64,000 nt of DNA from Gammaproteobacteria bacterium (GTDB lineage Bacteria > Pseudomonadota > Gammaproteobacteria > Eutrophobiales > Eutrophobiaceae), in assembly GCA_965207165.1 (NCBI GenBank), contig OZ242265.1, positions 809,101 to 873,100 of the forward strand, in the 5' to 3' direction. Below, in pieces: positions 27,505-37,228 of this stretch. Numbering within the stretch: position 1 is the first letter of the stretch; each line of letters opens with the position of its first letter. The notes below the pieces were generated by a model that was not told the origin of the DNA, ran no database searches, and was given only the letters and a program-made list of their open reading frames with translations. The translations under genes were made by a program, and so were the position numbers.

Positions 27505-28713
27505 ATGAAGATCATCTGGTTCGTAAACATCGCTATCCTGATTGCGTTCGTCAAGATATTCGAAATCCCTTCGATGATCCCGGTACTTGTCGATGAATTG
27601 CAAATCAGCTATGCGCAGGCAGGTATTTTCATGACCGCCTACGCCGTGGTCAGGTGCCTTGCCAGCCTGCCTGCCGGTTCGGTGACGGACAGACTGGGGT
27701 CGGTGACCGTTATCTCCGCCTGTCTCCTCTGTGTCGGCGTGCTCGGCACCCTGGGGACGTTCGGCAGCAACTATTACGTCCTGCTGGTGTTGAGGGTACT
27801 GGTTTCAATCGGTATTGCCGTCATATTTATTGCGGCGGTCGATTCCATTCCCAAGTACATGGCGCCGGAAAGTGTGGGCAAGGGCATCGGTTACATAAAC
27901 GGTTCGCTTAACGTCGGTATCGCCCTGGCATTATTCATGACGCCGATACTGGCCGACTCGCTGGGCTGGCGCTGGACCGCGCGCATCTATTCGTTCTCGT
28001 TTTTGCTGCTGTTCCTGGTTTCCATCCCCTTGTTGAAGAATTTGCCGGATACGGCCGCGCCGCATAAAACCGGGGATGGCGAAGAGTCCATCCCCGTCAT
28101 CGACCTGTTGCGCAATCCCTCTGTCATGCTCCTGGCGTTCGGCACCTTTATCCTGTTCATCGAACTCTACGGGGTGCTTACCTGGGTCCCGGTTTACCTG
28201 GAAGAGGTTTACAGGTATTCACCGGCGGAAATCGGCGCCGGCGCCACCATGTTCGGCATAGCCGCCATCCCGGCATCGATCATTACCGGCTTCCTGTGCA
28301 CAAACCTGCGCCGCATAACCTGGCTGTGTGTCACAGGCGGCGTTATGGCGGGGGTATGCATTCTCGCGTTAATCCTGTCCTCGCACATGCCGTTATGGCT
28401 GACTGTTGCCGTTATCACGGTGATCACCTGGGGACACTCGCAGGTCATCGTCACCATAATGAGTATTGCCGCGATAATCGTGCCGCCGCACAGTTCAGGC
28501 AAGGCGCTGGGCGTGATATTTTCCTTCGGCTACGGCGGCTCGATCCTGGCCACCTACCTGGGCGGGTACCTGCTGGAAAAAACAGGGTCGTACGACCTGT
28601 CATTCATCAGCTTTTCAGCATCTGCCTTCATCAGTATCGCGGCAATGCTGCTGGTCAGCAGGATATTGCAGAATAACCCGCCGGCGCATTTCAGGCTGAA
28701 GATGGGCGGTTAG
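27505..28713 (+). CDS. MFS transporter
   Basis: About 12 TM helices with a GSVTDRLG loop motif. Confidence 0.85.
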   Translation: MKIIWFVNIAILIAFVKIFEIPSMIPVLVDELQISYAQAGIFMTAYAVVRCLASLPAGSVTDRLGSVTVISACLLCVGVLGTLGTFGSNYYVLLVLRVLVSIGIAVIFIAAVDSIPKYMAPESVGKGIGYINGSLNVGIALALFMTPILADSLGWRWTARIYSFSFLLLFLVSIPLLKNLPDTAAPHKTGDGEESIPVIDLLRNPSVMLLAFGTFILFIELYGVLTWVPVYLEEVYRYSPAEIGAGATMFGIAAIPASIITGFLCTNLRRITWLCVTGGVMAGVCILALILSSHMPLWLTVAVITVITWGHSQVIVTIMSIAAIIVPPHSSGKALGVIFSFGYGGSILATYLGGYLLEKTGSYDLSFISFSASAFISIAAMLLVSRILQNNPPAHFRLKMGG

Positions 28714-28764
28714 CCGGGAATAATGTATCATGATACCGAATGGTAATCAGCGTGGAGAAAAAAC

Positions 28765-29970
28765 ATGTCTAATCATGAGATGAACGGGTTTGCGCCGGAA
28801 GATGGAGACGGGTTCTTTTCGTCGCTGTCCGGGGAAATAATTGAGCTATCAGTAGCGGGCTTTGACATTTCCCTGGAGTTTACGTCTGGCAATAGTGTGG
28901 TGTTTGACTTAAACGGAGATGTGAATACCGGCAGCTACACTTACGAGAAGACCGGGCCGAATGCGGCGACGCTCGTATTAACCCTGGAAAACGAGGATGA
29001 GGATGAGTATACGATTGAGCTTGAGTATGAATCAGCGACACGAATCAACGCCGCCGTTAATGTTGGCGGCCTGTCAGTGGCGGTAACGTTTGACTTGCCG
29101 GACAGCGCTACTTTCGCTGTTACCTCCGGCGACGATACCGTAGAAGGCCTCACCAGCGACGATGTTATCGACGCGCTTGCGGGCAACGACACGGTTAACG
29201 GCAACGCCGGCGCCGATACGCTCAGTGGCGGTGACGGCGACGACATCCTAAATGGCGGTGAAGGCAACGACATACTCAATGGCGGCGCCGGCGATGACAC
29301 GCTCGACGGCGGCCCCGGCTCCGACATGCTCGACGGTGGGGCGGGGTCTGATACCGCCTCTTACCAGAACTCCGCGGTCGCTGTGCTGGTGCGCCTGCAT
29401 GATGCCAGCGCGGTCAGGAACGGCGATGCTGCGGGGGATACGCTGACCGGTATTGAGCACCTTGTCGGCAGCCGGCACAACGACATCCTGGCCGGCGACG
29501 GTGGCGATAACCGGCTGGAAGGGGGTGACGGCAACGACGACTTGTACGGCGGCCCCGCCGGCGGCGACGACATGATGTATGGGGGTAATGGCGACGACAG
29601 GGTTTTCGGCGGCAGGGGAAACGATACGCTGACCGGCGGTGCAGGGAGTGATATTCTGAAGGGCGGCCCGGGAGACGATATAATTATTGTTGATGGTGAT
29701 GATATAGATATACTGTATGGCGGGCCTGATAACGACACATTCCGCTTCTTCCCGAGTGACGTGGGGGGTGGTTCAATCAGGGATTTCACTGATGGCGAGG
29801 ATGTTATTGACCTGACGGAATTTACCGACATCAGTTCCATGGCCGATCTTGACATAGAAAGTCGCGGGGGCAATGTGCGCATAGAGGTGTCCGGCACGGA
29901 CTATCTGACCACTATTATCCTGTCGGGTTTTGACGTTGCCGACCTGGATAGTTCAGACTTTATGTTTTAA
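28765..29970 (+). CDS. RTX (hemolysin-type calcium-binding repeat) protein, probable type I secretion substrate
   Basis: Two blocks of GGxGxDxUx nonapeptide repeats (e.g. LSGGDGDDILNGGEGNDILNGGAGDDTLDGGPGSDMLDGGAGSD). No N-terminal signal peptide. Acidic C-terminus ending DFMF. Confidence 0.85.
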   Translation: MSNHEMNGFAPEDGDGFFSSLSGEIIELSVAGFDISLEFTSGNSVVFDLNGDVNTGSYTYEKTGPNAATLVLTLENEDEDEYTIELEYESATRINAAVNVGGLSVAVTFDLPDSATFAVTSGDDTVEGLTSDDVIDALAGNDTVNGNAGADTLSGGDGDDILNGGEGNDILNGGAGDDTLDGGPGSDMLDGGAGSDTASYQNSAVAVLVRLHDASAVRNGDAAGDTLTGIEHLVGSRHNDILAGDGGDNRLEGGDGNDDLYGGPAGGDDMMYGGNGDDRVFGGRGNDTLTGGAGSDILKGGPGDDIIIVDGDDIDILYGGPDNDTFRFFPSDVGGGSIRDFTDGEDVIDLTEFTDISSMADLDIESRGGNVRIEVSGTDYLTTIILSGFDVADLDSSDFMF

Positions 29971-30016
29971 TCACCAATCCATCATGAACTGGTTTCATGG
30001 TGTTTGGGAAGAGCCC

Positions 30017-31210
30017 CTAGTGCCAGAGGGTACGCAGGAGTTTGGTTGCCTCTGACAGGCTTTCCAGGTTATGCACCGGGAGGAAGTGGTCCAGGAAAGG
30101 CAGGGCCGTTTGCATTCCTTTACACAGGGGTTGGTAGTTGGCATTGCCCAGCAACGGGTTCAGCCAGATAATCTTGTTGACACGCCGGCGCAGTTGCTCC
30201 ATTTCACTGCGCATCAGGTCGGCGTCGCCCTGGTCCCAGCCGTCGCTCAGGATCACGGCAACAGTATGGGAACTCAGCATCTGGTGGGCCTGTTGTTCAT
30301 TCAGTTCACGCAGGCAGCCGCCGATATTCGTGCCGCCGGCCCAGTCGTGCACCTGGTCCGACATCTGTTTAATGACCTCGTCGATATCCTTGCGGTTCAG
30401 GTAAGGCGTAATACTGGTCATGCGGGTCGAGAATACCGCGACTTCGATATTCGATATCTTCGCGCCCATGGCGCAGATGAGTTGAATCAGGAACCGGCTG
30501 TAGCGCTCCATCGAACCGCTCACGTCGCAGAACAGGATGAGCTTGTTCTTTTTCAGCCGGTGGGTTTTATAGGACAGTTTCAGGCAGTACTCCCCGTAAG
30601 GCATGCTGCGCCGGAATATCTTCCTGAAATCAAGTTGTTGTCCCGATTTGGCCGGGCTGAAGCGCCGGCTCTTGCGATTGGCCAGGATGGCAATCAATTC
30701 GGCAATGATCTTGCGGGCCTCATCCAGTTCCTTGTCAGTCATCCCGTCTATGTCTTTCTTCACCAGTAATTCACGGCTCGAATAACCGGTTTGTTCCGGG
30801 TCGCCATCGTGTTCTTCGGCATCACCCGGCGCTTCCCCATCCGCAGGCTGAAGTTGTTTCTGCAATTGCCGGGCTTCACCCGCACCGTTGCCGTCTTTCT
30901 CTTCGCCGGCGGGGTGTTCGTCTTCAAATGGAATTTCCCGGTTTTGCCAGTACTCACGGAACAGCAGGGAGAACAACTCCATGTCTTCCCTGTTGATGAT
31001 CAGGGTTGCCAGGGCTGCCGCGTAGAAGTCATCGTAATTGGCAATGTCGATATATAACAGGCTGCGGCTCAGGTCGATCAGGTTGGATGGGTTGACATCT
31101 ATCCCTGCGTCATGCAGCTTCCTGCCAAACTGGACAATATGCGTGATCAACGGCAGTGATACACCGTCATCTCCCGGGTGCGCTACAGCGTCATTACCGT
31201 GCATGTTCAT
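30017..31210 (-). CDS. VWA-domain protein, CoxE-like
   Basis: C-terminal VWA MIDAS-type segment (LFCDVSGSM). Directly downstream of the MoxR/CoxD-like ATPase gene. Confidence 0.8.
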   Translation of the reverse strand: MNMHGNDAVAHPGDDGVSLPLITHIVQFGRKLHDAGIDVNPSNLIDLSRSLLYIDIANYDDFYAAALATLIINREDMELFSLLFREYWQNREIPFEDEHPAGEEKDGNGAGEARQLQKQLQPADGEAPGDAEEHDGDPEQTGYSSRELLVKKDIDGMTDKELDEARKIIAELIAILANRKSRRFSPAKSGQQLDFRKIFRRSMPYGEYCLKLSYKTHRLKKNKLILFCDVSGSMERYSRFLIQLICAMGAKISNIEVAVFSTRMTSITPYLNRKDIDEVIKQMSDQVHDWAGGTNIGGCLRELNEQQAHQMLSSHTVAVILSDGWDQGDADLMRSEMEQLRRRVNKIIWLNPLLGNANYQPLCKGMQTALPFLDHFLPVHNLESLSEATKLLRTLWH

Positions 31211-31268
31211 CCCTGCATGCCGTAAGCATGGGCCGGAACCAGGTAACGCACGATCGTTATCCCGCCGT

Positions 31269-32192
31269 TCAGTTTATACTCCCCTGTGCGCTTACCCCGG
31301 GGCCGCCCTTGAAATTCTTGGTGACCGCCAGGGCCTTGTCCAGACTTTCTCCGCTCAACTTATCCTGGTCTTGCTTATATTTAAGTATGCAACTTAAAGT
31401 AGTTTCTATAATGCCTTGGTCAAGTTCGTCTATGCCCAGTGACAGCAGGGCATTGGCCCAGTCCAGGGTTTCGGCAATGCCGGGCCGTTTGTAGAAGTCC
31501 TCCCGGCGCAACAGTTCCATGAATTTACAGATCTGGGTGGACAGGGTTTCCTTGATTTCCGGCACCTTGGTCAGGACGATATTGAGTTCCTTTTCCAGGG
31601 TGGGGTAATCAATCCAGTGGTACAGGCAGCGGCGCTTGAGGGCGTCGTGCATCTCCCTGGTGCGGTTCGACGTCAGCACCACGAACGGTGGTTGTTCCGC
31701 CCTGATGGTGCCCACTTCGGGTATGGTAATCTGAAAATCCGACAGTACTTCAAGCAGGAACGCTTCGAACTCATCGTCCGAGCGGTCAATTTCATCTATC
31801 AGCAGGACAGGACGCTTACCGGGGGATTGTATGGCTTGCAGCAGCGGTCGTTTCAGGAGGAACTGTTCTTCGAAGATATTGCTGCCAATCTCGTCTTTAT
31901 CAACACCGCGTGCCTCCTGGAGCCTGACCTCAAGCATTTGCCTCAGGTAATTCCATTCGTAAAGCGCCAGGTTGGTATCCAGACCTTCGTAGCACTGCAG
32001 ACGGATCAGGTCGGTATCAAGGCTCTTTGCCAGGACCTTGGCCACTTCGGTTTTACCGACTCCCGGTTCCCCCTCCAGGTACAGCGGTTTTCCCAGTGAT
32101 GTCGCCAGGTAAACCGTGGTCGCCAGGTGGCGGTCGGCGATATAACCCTGGGTTGCAAACTGCTGCTCTATTTCTTCGATTGAATGAAACAT
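31269..32192 (-). CDS. MoxR-family AAA+ ATPase, CoxD-like
   Basis: Walker A (GEPGVGKT), Walker B (LLIDEIDR) and MoxR-type length. ATG at 32192 is preferred over the TTG at 32234. Confidence 0.9.
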   Translation of the reverse strand: MFHSIEEIEQQFATQGYIADRHLATTVYLATSLGKPLYLEGEPGVGKTEVAKVLAKSLDTDLIRLQCYEGLDTNLALYEWNYLRQMLEVRLQEARGVDKDEIGSNIFEEQFLLKRPLLQAIQSPGKRPVLLIDEIDRSDDEFEAFLLEVLSDFQITIPEVGTIRAEQPPFVVLTSNRTREMHDALKRRCLYHWIDYPTLEKELNIVLTKVPEIKETLSTQICKFMELLRREDFYKRPGIAETLDWANALLSLGIDELDQGIIETTLSCILKYKQDQDKLSGESLDKALAVTKNFKGGPGVSAQGSIN

Positions 32193-32271
32193 TTTAATGG
32201 ACCTTTTTAGATTGTCTCCTGCTCTTCCCGACAAACCGAAGCGGCAGGCGGTTGTAAAATTATAGAGGGCT

Positions 32272-33249
32272 TCACTTTATATAACCACCGGCCCCCATCA
32301 ACATGATATCTTCCCGGGTGACGGGCAGGCCCGCCAGCAACCGTTCCAGTACCCAGTCAAACCCGTTTACGACAGGTGAGCGCGCACACCCGGGCATGAC
32401 TATGACGGGGCGCTCATCCGGGAATTCGCCCAGTACCAGCAGGTTGCCCGGTTCCACCGGCATCCCCAGGTGCGTGATGCCACCGCCCGCGGCTTCGATT
32501 GCAAGAGGAATTACGTCGCGGCGGTCGGCGGTCGCACTGGCGCCGGCTATAAGGATTAAGCGGCAGCCTGTACCCAGCAATTTGTTGAACGCATCCGTGA
32601 TGGCATCTTCATGGTGTTTGCAACGTTCTTCCATGATCACCTTGCTGCTTCCCAGGCGCCGCAATCTCTCATCAAGTATCTTGCGGGTCTTGTCCAGGAT
32701 GGTTTGTTTCATGCCCTGGTAAAACGTTTGTACCAGGCCGATATCGAGCTCGTTGAATACGGTGACGCGCAGCAGGGGAGGCAGGTGGGGATGCATCTGT
32801 TCGATACGCCTTATAATCTGTTCATCCACACCGTAGGGAATGATTTTTATCGTCGCCACGGCCTGTCCGGGTGCAACCACGGAATAGGGCGGCAGGACGG
32901 CAATTGTTGCCGCCTCGCTCACCAGGTTAAACCTGTCCAGCTCAGCGGCTTCGTAGACGAGCACACCGGATGTTTCAGAAATAATATTGCTTCTACCGGC
33001 ACTGGGGCGTTGGCTTCCGGTATTTTCGCCGGATATGCGCACGGCAATACGCCGCGCCGCTTCGTTTTCATCCAGGTCGGTTTCTTCCAGGCGTGCTATT
33101 ACCACTGACTCACAACCGGCCCGGGCCAGCAGTCTTATATCTTCCGTTGACAACACCGCGCCTTTCTTCAGGTTTATGCTGCTGTATTTAACGGAATGGG
33201 CGAGGATGCCGCCTGCGGCGCCTGCGACCGGTGTTCGACCGAATTGCAT
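32272..33249 (-). CDS. Molybdopterin-binding protein (MoeA/MoCF-biosynthesis-domain-like) of the Mo-hydroxylase maturation operon
   Basis: C-terminal segment LILIAGASATADRRDVIPLAIE...GMPVEPGN resembles MoCF_biosynth domains. Located upstream of the coxD/coxE-like genes. Confidence 0.6.
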   Translation of the reverse strand: MQFGRTPVAGAAGGILAHSVKYSSINLKKGAVLSTEDIRLLARAGCESVVIARLEETDLDENEAARRIAVRISGENTGSQRPSAGRSNIISETSGVLVYEAAELDRFNLVSEAATIAVLPPYSVVAPGQAVATIKIIPYGVDEQIIRRIEQMHPHLPPLLRVTVFNELDIGLVQTFYQGMKQTILDKTRKILDERLRRLGSSKVIMEERCKHHEDAITDAFNKLLGTGCRLILIAGASATADRRDVIPLAIEAAGGGITHLGMPVEPGNLLVLGEFPDERPVIVMPGCARSPVVNGFDWVLERLLAGLPVTREDIMLMGAGGYIK

Positions 33250-33257
33250 GGTACTTA

Positions 33258-34511
33258 TCAGGCCCGATTGACGTCAGTACCGGGAAAGAACTCGACGAAG
33301 ATAAACCAGAATAACCGGCTCTTGAGCGTGTTGACGCGCGCTAACCGGTCATCACCGGGAATATTTCCGAAGATATCAACGTCACTAACGTCCGTGCCGG
33401 TATCGTTAAAAAACGCCACAACCGCATCATATCCCGCATCATAGTTTATGACGAGTTGCTCCCCACCGATCGCAACGTTGACGGGGTCGTCTCGCTCCAT
33501 AAGAAAGTCCTTCGAATAAGCGACATGATCGCCGTTGATACTGACCGTATACACCAGTTCCTTCATGGGCAACCTGTCGTCAGTGAAATCGATAGTGGGG
33601 AATGCCGGTTTATCGTTTTCAACCCAGTTCAACCCCACCCCCCAGAGCATCATTCCATGCCTCACCAGGCGGTCCCATAAGGCAAACACCGGGTTTTCAC
33701 TGTAATCAGCGATTTCGTTGATAAAGACGTTACCATCGGGATAGAGCGCCTTGTACGCCTTGAACGGCATACGAATAGTAGGCCATTCCTTCATTGCGGC
33801 GCCGGTCGGATCCCGTTCCTTTGAGCCCCAGAGTTGCTGGATGGCCTCACCACTGTTTTTGTCGAACAGCACCAGGTTGTTCTTTAACTGGGTCATTACG
33901 GTGAGGTCGAGCGGCCGGTCATTGATAACCGGGCTATACGCGATACCGAGGTTGGTCAAACCGCAATAGGTCATGATGACTTCTTCCCCGTTGATGGTAT
34001 TGCCTTGTACCACGTGGGGTTGCAGCATGTAATAATCGGAATACGCATAAGCGCCGTTATCGGTTTCCAGTACCACCATGTTGATATCGTCTACCGAGGC
34101 ATAGTCGTCCGGGCCGAAATGCGCCACATCCAGACTTTGTTCCAGATATTCCGGGGCTTCACTTACCGGTACAAACGTGGCCTGGTGCTGTTGCGAGCGG
34201 AACATCCACTTCGGGTTGATCATGCCTGAATAGAAATTAAGGCAAAAAAACAGCAGCAGAAATCCACATAGATATTTATGGCAGACGGCCCTGTCTTTCC
34301 ACCAAAGCAGCATCGCAGCAAGCAGGGAGAGGAACCCGGCCGCGGTAATGATGTGCCGGTTATACCAGACCATCATCGTGAATTCGCGGGTGGACTGGAC
34401 GAGCCATTGGCTGATATCAGCCAGGTCTTTGAAGATAAGGAACGCACAGGTTTGTGCGATCAGCATGAACATCCAGAATAACAGCTTTTTATGTGTCAAG
34501 GTCATGTGCAA
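33258..34511 (-). CDS. Membrane-anchored DUF3179-like protein
   Basis: N-terminal TM helices. Central pattern (AYAY...MTYCGLTN...NNLVLFDKNSGE...YPDGNVF) matches my recollection of DUF3179. First gene of the minus-strand maturation operon. Confidence 0.5.
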   Translation of the reverse strand: MHMTLTHKKLLFWMFMLIAQTCAFLIFKDLADISQWLVQSTREFTMMVWYNRHIITAAGFLSLLAAMLLWWKDRAVCHKYLCGFLLLFFCLNFYSGMINPKWMFRSQQHQATFVPVSEAPEYLEQSLDVAHFGPDDYASVDDINMVVLETDNGAYAYSDYYMLQPHVVQGNTINGEEVIMTYCGLTNLGIAYSPVINDRPLDLTVMTQLKNNLVLFDKNSGEAIQQLWGSKERDPTGAAMKEWPTIRMPFKAYKALYPDGNVFINEIADYSENPVFALWDRLVRHGMMLWGVGLNWVENDKPAFPTIDFTDDRLPMKELVYTVSINGDHVAYSKDFLMERDDPVNVAIGGEQLVINYDAGYDAVVAFFNDTGTDVSDVDIFGNIPGDDRLARVNTLKSRLFWFIFVEFFPGTDVNRA

Positions 34512-34626
34512 ATCCGGTGAATATCAAGACATACGGCATGCTACCATTAGTAAGCCGGTGTGTAATAGAATGTTATATCAATAATATTGTAAATAATCAT
34601 GTGTGAAAACAGACGGGAGCACTCAT

Positions 34627-35946
34627 ATGCGTGACTATGTCGAAAAACTGCTGCAGCGCGGGGAGATGAACATCGTTGAAAGGGAAGTCGACCCCCAATT
34701 CGAACTGGCTGCCGTGACAGGACGCTCCCAACTGGACAGTGAAAGACCGGTATTGTTCAAAAACGTGAAGGGGACCGGGTTGCCGGTCATATCCAACCTC
34801 TATGGCAGTCACGTTCGCCTGTGCGAGATTATCGGCACGCACAAGGGCAATTTCTGCCGTCACTGGCAAACCATCATCGATGATCAACTGCCCGGACCTG
34901 GCGAGTATACCGAACTGGTTGACGCCGATGACGGTGTCATTGACGGGAAGGTCAGCGACCTGCCGCATATAACCTATTTTGAACACGACGCCGGGCCTTA
35001 TATAACGGCCGGTGTGTTCCTGGCCAAAGAGCCAGACACGGGTGTCCCGAACCTGTCATTCTGCCGCTCCATGATGGTTGACGACGCTGAACTGCGCGTA
35101 CGCCTGGCGCCGCCCCATGACATCACCCAGTACCAGAAGAAGGCCGAAGCAAGAGACGAACCCCTGGAAGTGGCGATACTCATCGGGCCGCCGCCGGAAG
35201 TGTTCATGGCGGCCTGTGCGTCCGTGCCCATAGAGCAGGATGAAATGGCTATCGCCGCGCAGATAAAAGGGGCTCCCATAAGGATGCGCCAGTGCCGGCA
35301 TATCGATATGCAGGTCCCGGCGGAGACCGAGATCGTGATAGAGGGTCGCATTCTCCCGCACCAGCGTAAGCCGGAAGGGCCGTTCGGCGAGTTCCAGGGT
35401 TACTACGTCAAACGTACGGACAATCACGTGTTCGAAGTTTTGAACGTGAGCCGGCGCGAGGGGGCATACTTCCACGGCCTGCTGTGCGGTTACATGGAGG
35501 ATTTGCGCGCCCTGGAGGTCGCATTTGCGACCCGCACTTACCGGCACATCTCAGCGGGCATGCCCGGTGTGCTGGACGTGAGTTGTTACCCGATGCCGAT
35601 GCATACGATCGTCCAGCTCAGGCCGGAATACGAGGGCCATGCGAAACATGTCATGATGAAAGTCTTCAGCTCCCATCTCCAGTACAACAAGGTATGCATA
35701 GTGGTGGATGAGGATGTGGATATCCATAATTTTCAGGATGTTTGGTGGGCAGTGATGACCCGCGGCCGTATCGAGAAAGACATCATGATAGTTGAAGGTG
35801 TCCCGGGGTTTTTCCGTGATCCTGCCGGGGTCTATACGGGACGGCTCGGCATCGACGCCACCAAGCCTTTCGACATGCGCGAGAACTACGACAGGAAGCG
35901 CGTGCCCGGACTCTACGAGGTTGACCTGAAGGACTATTTCACCTGA
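34627..35946 (+). CDS. UbiD-family (prFMN-dependent) decarboxylase
   Basis: UbiD-like N-terminus (MRDYVEKLLQRGEM..VEREVDP) and overall pattern. ATG at 34627 is preceded by GGGAG; the track start at 34603 is a GTG. Confidence 0.85.
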   Translation: MRDYVEKLLQRGEMNIVEREVDPQFELAAVTGRSQLDSERPVLFKNVKGTGLPVISNLYGSHVRLCEIIGTHKGNFCRHWQTIIDDQLPGPGEYTELVDADDGVIDGKVSDLPHITYFEHDAGPYITAGVFLAKEPDTGVPNLSFCRSMMVDDAELRVRLAPPHDITQYQKKAEARDEPLEVAILIGPPPEVFMAACASVPIEQDEMAIAAQIKGAPIRMRQCRHIDMQVPAETEIVIEGRILPHQRKPEGPFGEFQGYYVKRTDNHVFEVLNVSRREGAYFHGLLCGYMEDLRALEVAFATRTYRHISAGMPGVLDVSCYPMPMHTIVQLRPEYEGHAKHVMMKVFSSHLQYNKVCIVVDEDVDIHNFQDVWWAVMTRGRIEKDIMIVEGVPGFFRDPAGVYTGRLGIDATKPFDMRENYDRKRVPGLYEVDLKDYFT

Positions 35947-35979
35947 AGCAGGAGGGCGCTCCCGGTCGCGCTGCGCTGA

Positions 35980-36423
35980 TCACGCAGCCTTGTTCTTGCT
36001 GTCGATTAATTGCCGGTACCGCGGCATGGCGATAAATTTGACCAGCAGGCGTTTCAGCCAGGACATTTCCGGGGTGTTACCGGCCGAGGTGAACCTGTCC
36101 AGGCCGAGCTGCTCGACAAACTCCTGTTGCAGCATCATCATGGGCCCGTCCGACGGGATGCCGGTCCCGTCGGCAATCCTGTCCATGCGCTGAAAATTGG
36201 AGACAACACCTGCTGCATCGACCATGGAGTCCATACCCATCTCGTCCGCCAACGCAGTGCGGGCGGCTGCAAAGACGTCAGGGTCATCGCCCATGAAAGT
36301 GTCGCAAAACCGTATCAGCGCTTCCGAGTGGGGTATATCGTCGACACGAGTGCAGTCCGGATCAGTTATGCCGTCCAGGTTTACTGACGTTCCGGTGTAC
36401 GTGGCGCTCTCACGGAGCATCAC
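35980..36423 (-). CDS. AhpD-like/CMD-superfamily small protein (tentative)
   Basis: 147 aa helical protein 15 nt downstream of the AhpD-like gene. The segment VDAAGVVSNFQRMDRIADGTG resembles CMD-family C-terminal helices. Confidence 0.45.
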   Translation of the reverse strand: MMLRESATYTGTSVNLDGITDPDCTRVDDIPHSEALIRFCDTFMGDDPDVFAAARTALADEMGMDSMVDAAGVVSNFQRMDRIADGTGIPSDGPMMMLQQEFVEQLGLDRFTSAGNTPEMSWLKRLLVKFIAMPRYRQLIDSKNKAA

Positions 36424-36438
36424 TGCATGGGAGGCAGT

Positions 36439-37224
36439 TCAGTAGAAACAGCCGTTGAACGCGGAGATCCGTATGGCAAGAACCTCCGATTGAATACGGC
36501 TCAGTGTGCCTTTGGGCGCGGATTTGAACTCGAAGATGTTCGTGTTGTTGATGTAGTGTGCATCCAGTAAATCGAGCATCGAGCGAACTTCGTCCGGCAC
36601 CAGGCTCAGGGCGCGGATAACATAACCGGTCCTGCCCTGCCACAGATCGGCCTCCGGGCCGGTGTCGACCGTATTGGGAAGCGTGCTCACCCAGGCGCCG
36701 TCGTTAAGGGTATTTGCCGGCCGGTAATGGCTCGGTTCGCCCGGTTCCGGGTCGGGCAGCGGGTTTGGTGCGATGCCGATTGCCCTGCAGAACTCATCGA
36801 TTGAAAAGACGCATACCAGCGTCCCGATGATTTCGACGTATTGTTCTTCGCTGAGGCCGGCGCTGATAACCCCGTTGAACCAGGCCCGTGTGAGACGTTG
36901 CGGATCGGTAACAACGCGATGCACGACCTCGACCATGGTATCTGGAAGAGAGGTCACCGTGTCGTGCGCCCCCTCTGCGTGGGTCGGGGACAGGGCCTGT
37001 TTGCGCCGGCGGCAGAAATTGCAGTGTTGCGCCTGCCTGACCTCCCTGGCGATATCGACGCGCTGCTGGCCGGTCAGCCAGGCGCCCGCTTTGGCAAGAC
37101 GGCGCCAATAGCGGTTATGAGCAGCGGCAAAATCATCGCGCACCGGGTAGGGCGCGCCAGCATAGCTGATCGGGGCTGAGTCCATTAACGCATTATACAG
37201 TACGTAACCCGCTGGATAAATCAA
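36439..37224 (-). CDS. AhpD/alkylhydroperoxidase-like (CMD superfamily) protein
   Basis: Helical protein with a CxxC segment (HCNFCRRR) and CMD-like helices. A TTG start sits 4 nt after the COG0523 stop; an alternative ATG lies at 37185. Confidence 0.55.
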   Translation of the reverse strand: MIYPAGYVLYNALMDSAPISYAGAPYPVRDDFAAAHNRYWRRLAKAGAWLTGQQRVDIAREVRQAQHCNFCRRRKQALSPTHAEGAHDTVTSLPDTMVEVVHRVVTDPQRLTRAWFNGVISAGLSEEQYVEIIGTLVCVFSIDEFCRAIGIAPNPLPDPEPGEPSHYRPANTLNDGAWVSTLPNTVDTGPEADLWQGRTGYVIRALSLVPDEVRSMLDLLDAHYINNTNIFEFKSAPKGTLSRIQSEVLAIRISAFNGCFY

Positions 37225-37228
37225 CTGT

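Noticed and set aside
28765-29970. Pore-forming RTX cytolysin/leukotoxin
   Set aside because: It is only 401 aa, has no hydrophobic pore-forming domain and no acylation sites, and there is no rtxC-like acyltransferase or T1SS gene nearby. I call it only a generic RTX repeat protein.
30017-32234. MoxR AAA+ ATPase plus VWA pair as a possible stand-alone stress or anti-phage module
   Set aside because: The pair is co-operonic with a molybdopterin-binding protein gene and lies close to two Mo-hydroxylase loci. This matches the CoxD/CoxE maturation role, and no nuclease or effector component is attached.
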